A DNA stretch of 64,000 nt, from NCBI RefSeq assembly GCF_009914755.1, contig NC_060940.1. The stretch is one strand, 5' to 3'. The translations under genes were made by a program, and so were the position numbers. This DNA comes from the human T2T-CHM13v2.0 reference genome, Homo sapiens. Below, piece after piece: positions 62,772-64,000 of this stretch. Below the pieces are notes generated by a model. It did no database searches. It saw only the letters and a program-made list of their open reading frames with translations, and was not told where the DNA came from. Each line of letters begins with the position of its first letter. The stretch's first letter is position 1.

Positions 62772-63117
62772 GTGAGCCCTGCCTCGCTGGTAAAGAGCTG
62801 TGTGGGAGGGGCCCTGGGTCCCTGTGCCTCTCCCAGGCATGAGCATCCTGCTGAGGATTGGAGTGAGGTGGGGGCCTCAAAGCTCCTGCACCCCCAGCAC
62901 TTGGGCTGACCAAAGAGAACAGCAGGGACTTTTCTTGTGTGTCACCCAAGGAAGAAGGAAGTGACAAACAATGGCCAAAGATAGGGGTGGAGACCTTAAA
63001 TGCCCACAGGGGCCAACAGGTATTGTAACCAAGTGGCAAGGCCAGCTGAAGACACTAGGGAGGCTGAAGACAGGTGAACAGGAGACTCTATGCCCCACCT
63101 AAAGCCATCCAAAGGCA

Positions 63118-63302
63118 TAATTTTTAAAAGTTATATACATAATTTACACACATATATACATTTATAATTCACATCAGTAATTTACATATATATACATAAT
63201 TTGCATATAACATAATTTACACGTATCCATGTATACATATATACATTCATATATGCACACGTATATACACATACACACATACACTCACACATACTCATAT
63301 AC
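63118..63302. repeat. AT/AC low-complexity tract with repeated ATAATTTACAC
   Basis: Directly visible. Confidence 0.85.
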
Positions 63303-63360
63303 AGGTGCATGTCAAACACCTCTGGTAATCAGTGACCACAGTCAAGGGCTCAAGAGTGCT

Positions 63361-63500
63361 GGCCGGACTCCGTGGCCCATGTCTGTAATCCCAGCACTTT
63401 GGGAGGCTGAGGCGGAGGATCCTTGAGGTCAGGAGTTTGAGACCAGCCTGGGCAATATAACAAAACCCCATCTTTACAAACCATATAAATAAATAAATAA
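63361..63500 (+). mobile_element. Alu left monomer (FLAM-like)
   Basis: Single arm with an (AAAT)n tail. Confidence 0.8.
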
Positions 63501-64000
63501 GAATGATGATGGTGGCACAGGCATTAGGGCACAGCTCCACCCAGGGTATATTGTTGGGATGCTGCCTTAGGTTGGGTGCCTGAGACAGAGATTTGAGTGG
63601 AAGTGGCTTACTGAGGCAGAACTCTCCAGAGAAGGGCAGCAGGAAAAGGCAGGGGATAGTGCTGTGCAAGGATGCGGTCTCAACTGGAGCCTCGCCTTGG
63701 CTAGGCTTATAGGGACTCTGGAGTGTGGACTGTGCCACAGAGTGGGTCCCACTTTGAGGCAAGGGGGCTGGTCTGTTGTACCCCTGTGTCAATCAGTCAG
63801 TGGATGCAGGCTGCCCCTCTTTGGGCAAGGAGGGGACCTGTGGAACTTCCCCAGCGGGGCAGCTCTGGTCTGGCTGAGGGCAGTTCTTGTGCAGGGGCAG
63901 GGCTGAGCTGTTAGCAGTCTGACTTCATAGCAGCTGAGGGATGGCCAACAGCCTAGTTATAGAGGAGCAGGGAGAGGCACCAAGAATGGCCACTATAGAT

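Noticed and set aside
62682-62909. 75-aa ORF as a standalone EF-hand protein
   Set aside because: It is CALB2 exon 3 read through the GTGAG donor into intron 3.

Overview
Primate, almost certainly human, genomic DNA. The window holds about 46 kb of repeat-rich upstream sequence followed by the 5' part of CALB2 (calretinin) on the + strand: a CpG-island/TATA promoter (~46.4-46.9 kb) and coding exons 1-3 (46707-46800, 60090-60166, 62682-62771). These splice in frame to MAGPQQQPPYLHLAELTASQFLEIWKHFDADGNGYIEGKELENFFQELEKARKGSGMMSKSDNFGEKMKEFMQKYDKNSDGKIEMAE; no further exon is seen in the window. Most ORF-track entries are Alu, L1 or GC-rich artefacts. The most striking unexplained structure is a ~190-bp inverted repeat (44395-44587 / 47804-47992, ~95% identical) that brackets the CALB2 promoter and exon 1 as a 3.2-kb potentially invertible cassette. 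Other notable items: a 191-bp local templated duplication, a twin-primed L1 with an apparent 3' transduction, a distal RE1/NRSE pair, and an intronic RFX/CUT/CTCF motif module. Repeat subfamily names and most repeat boundaries are recognised by eye and approximate.
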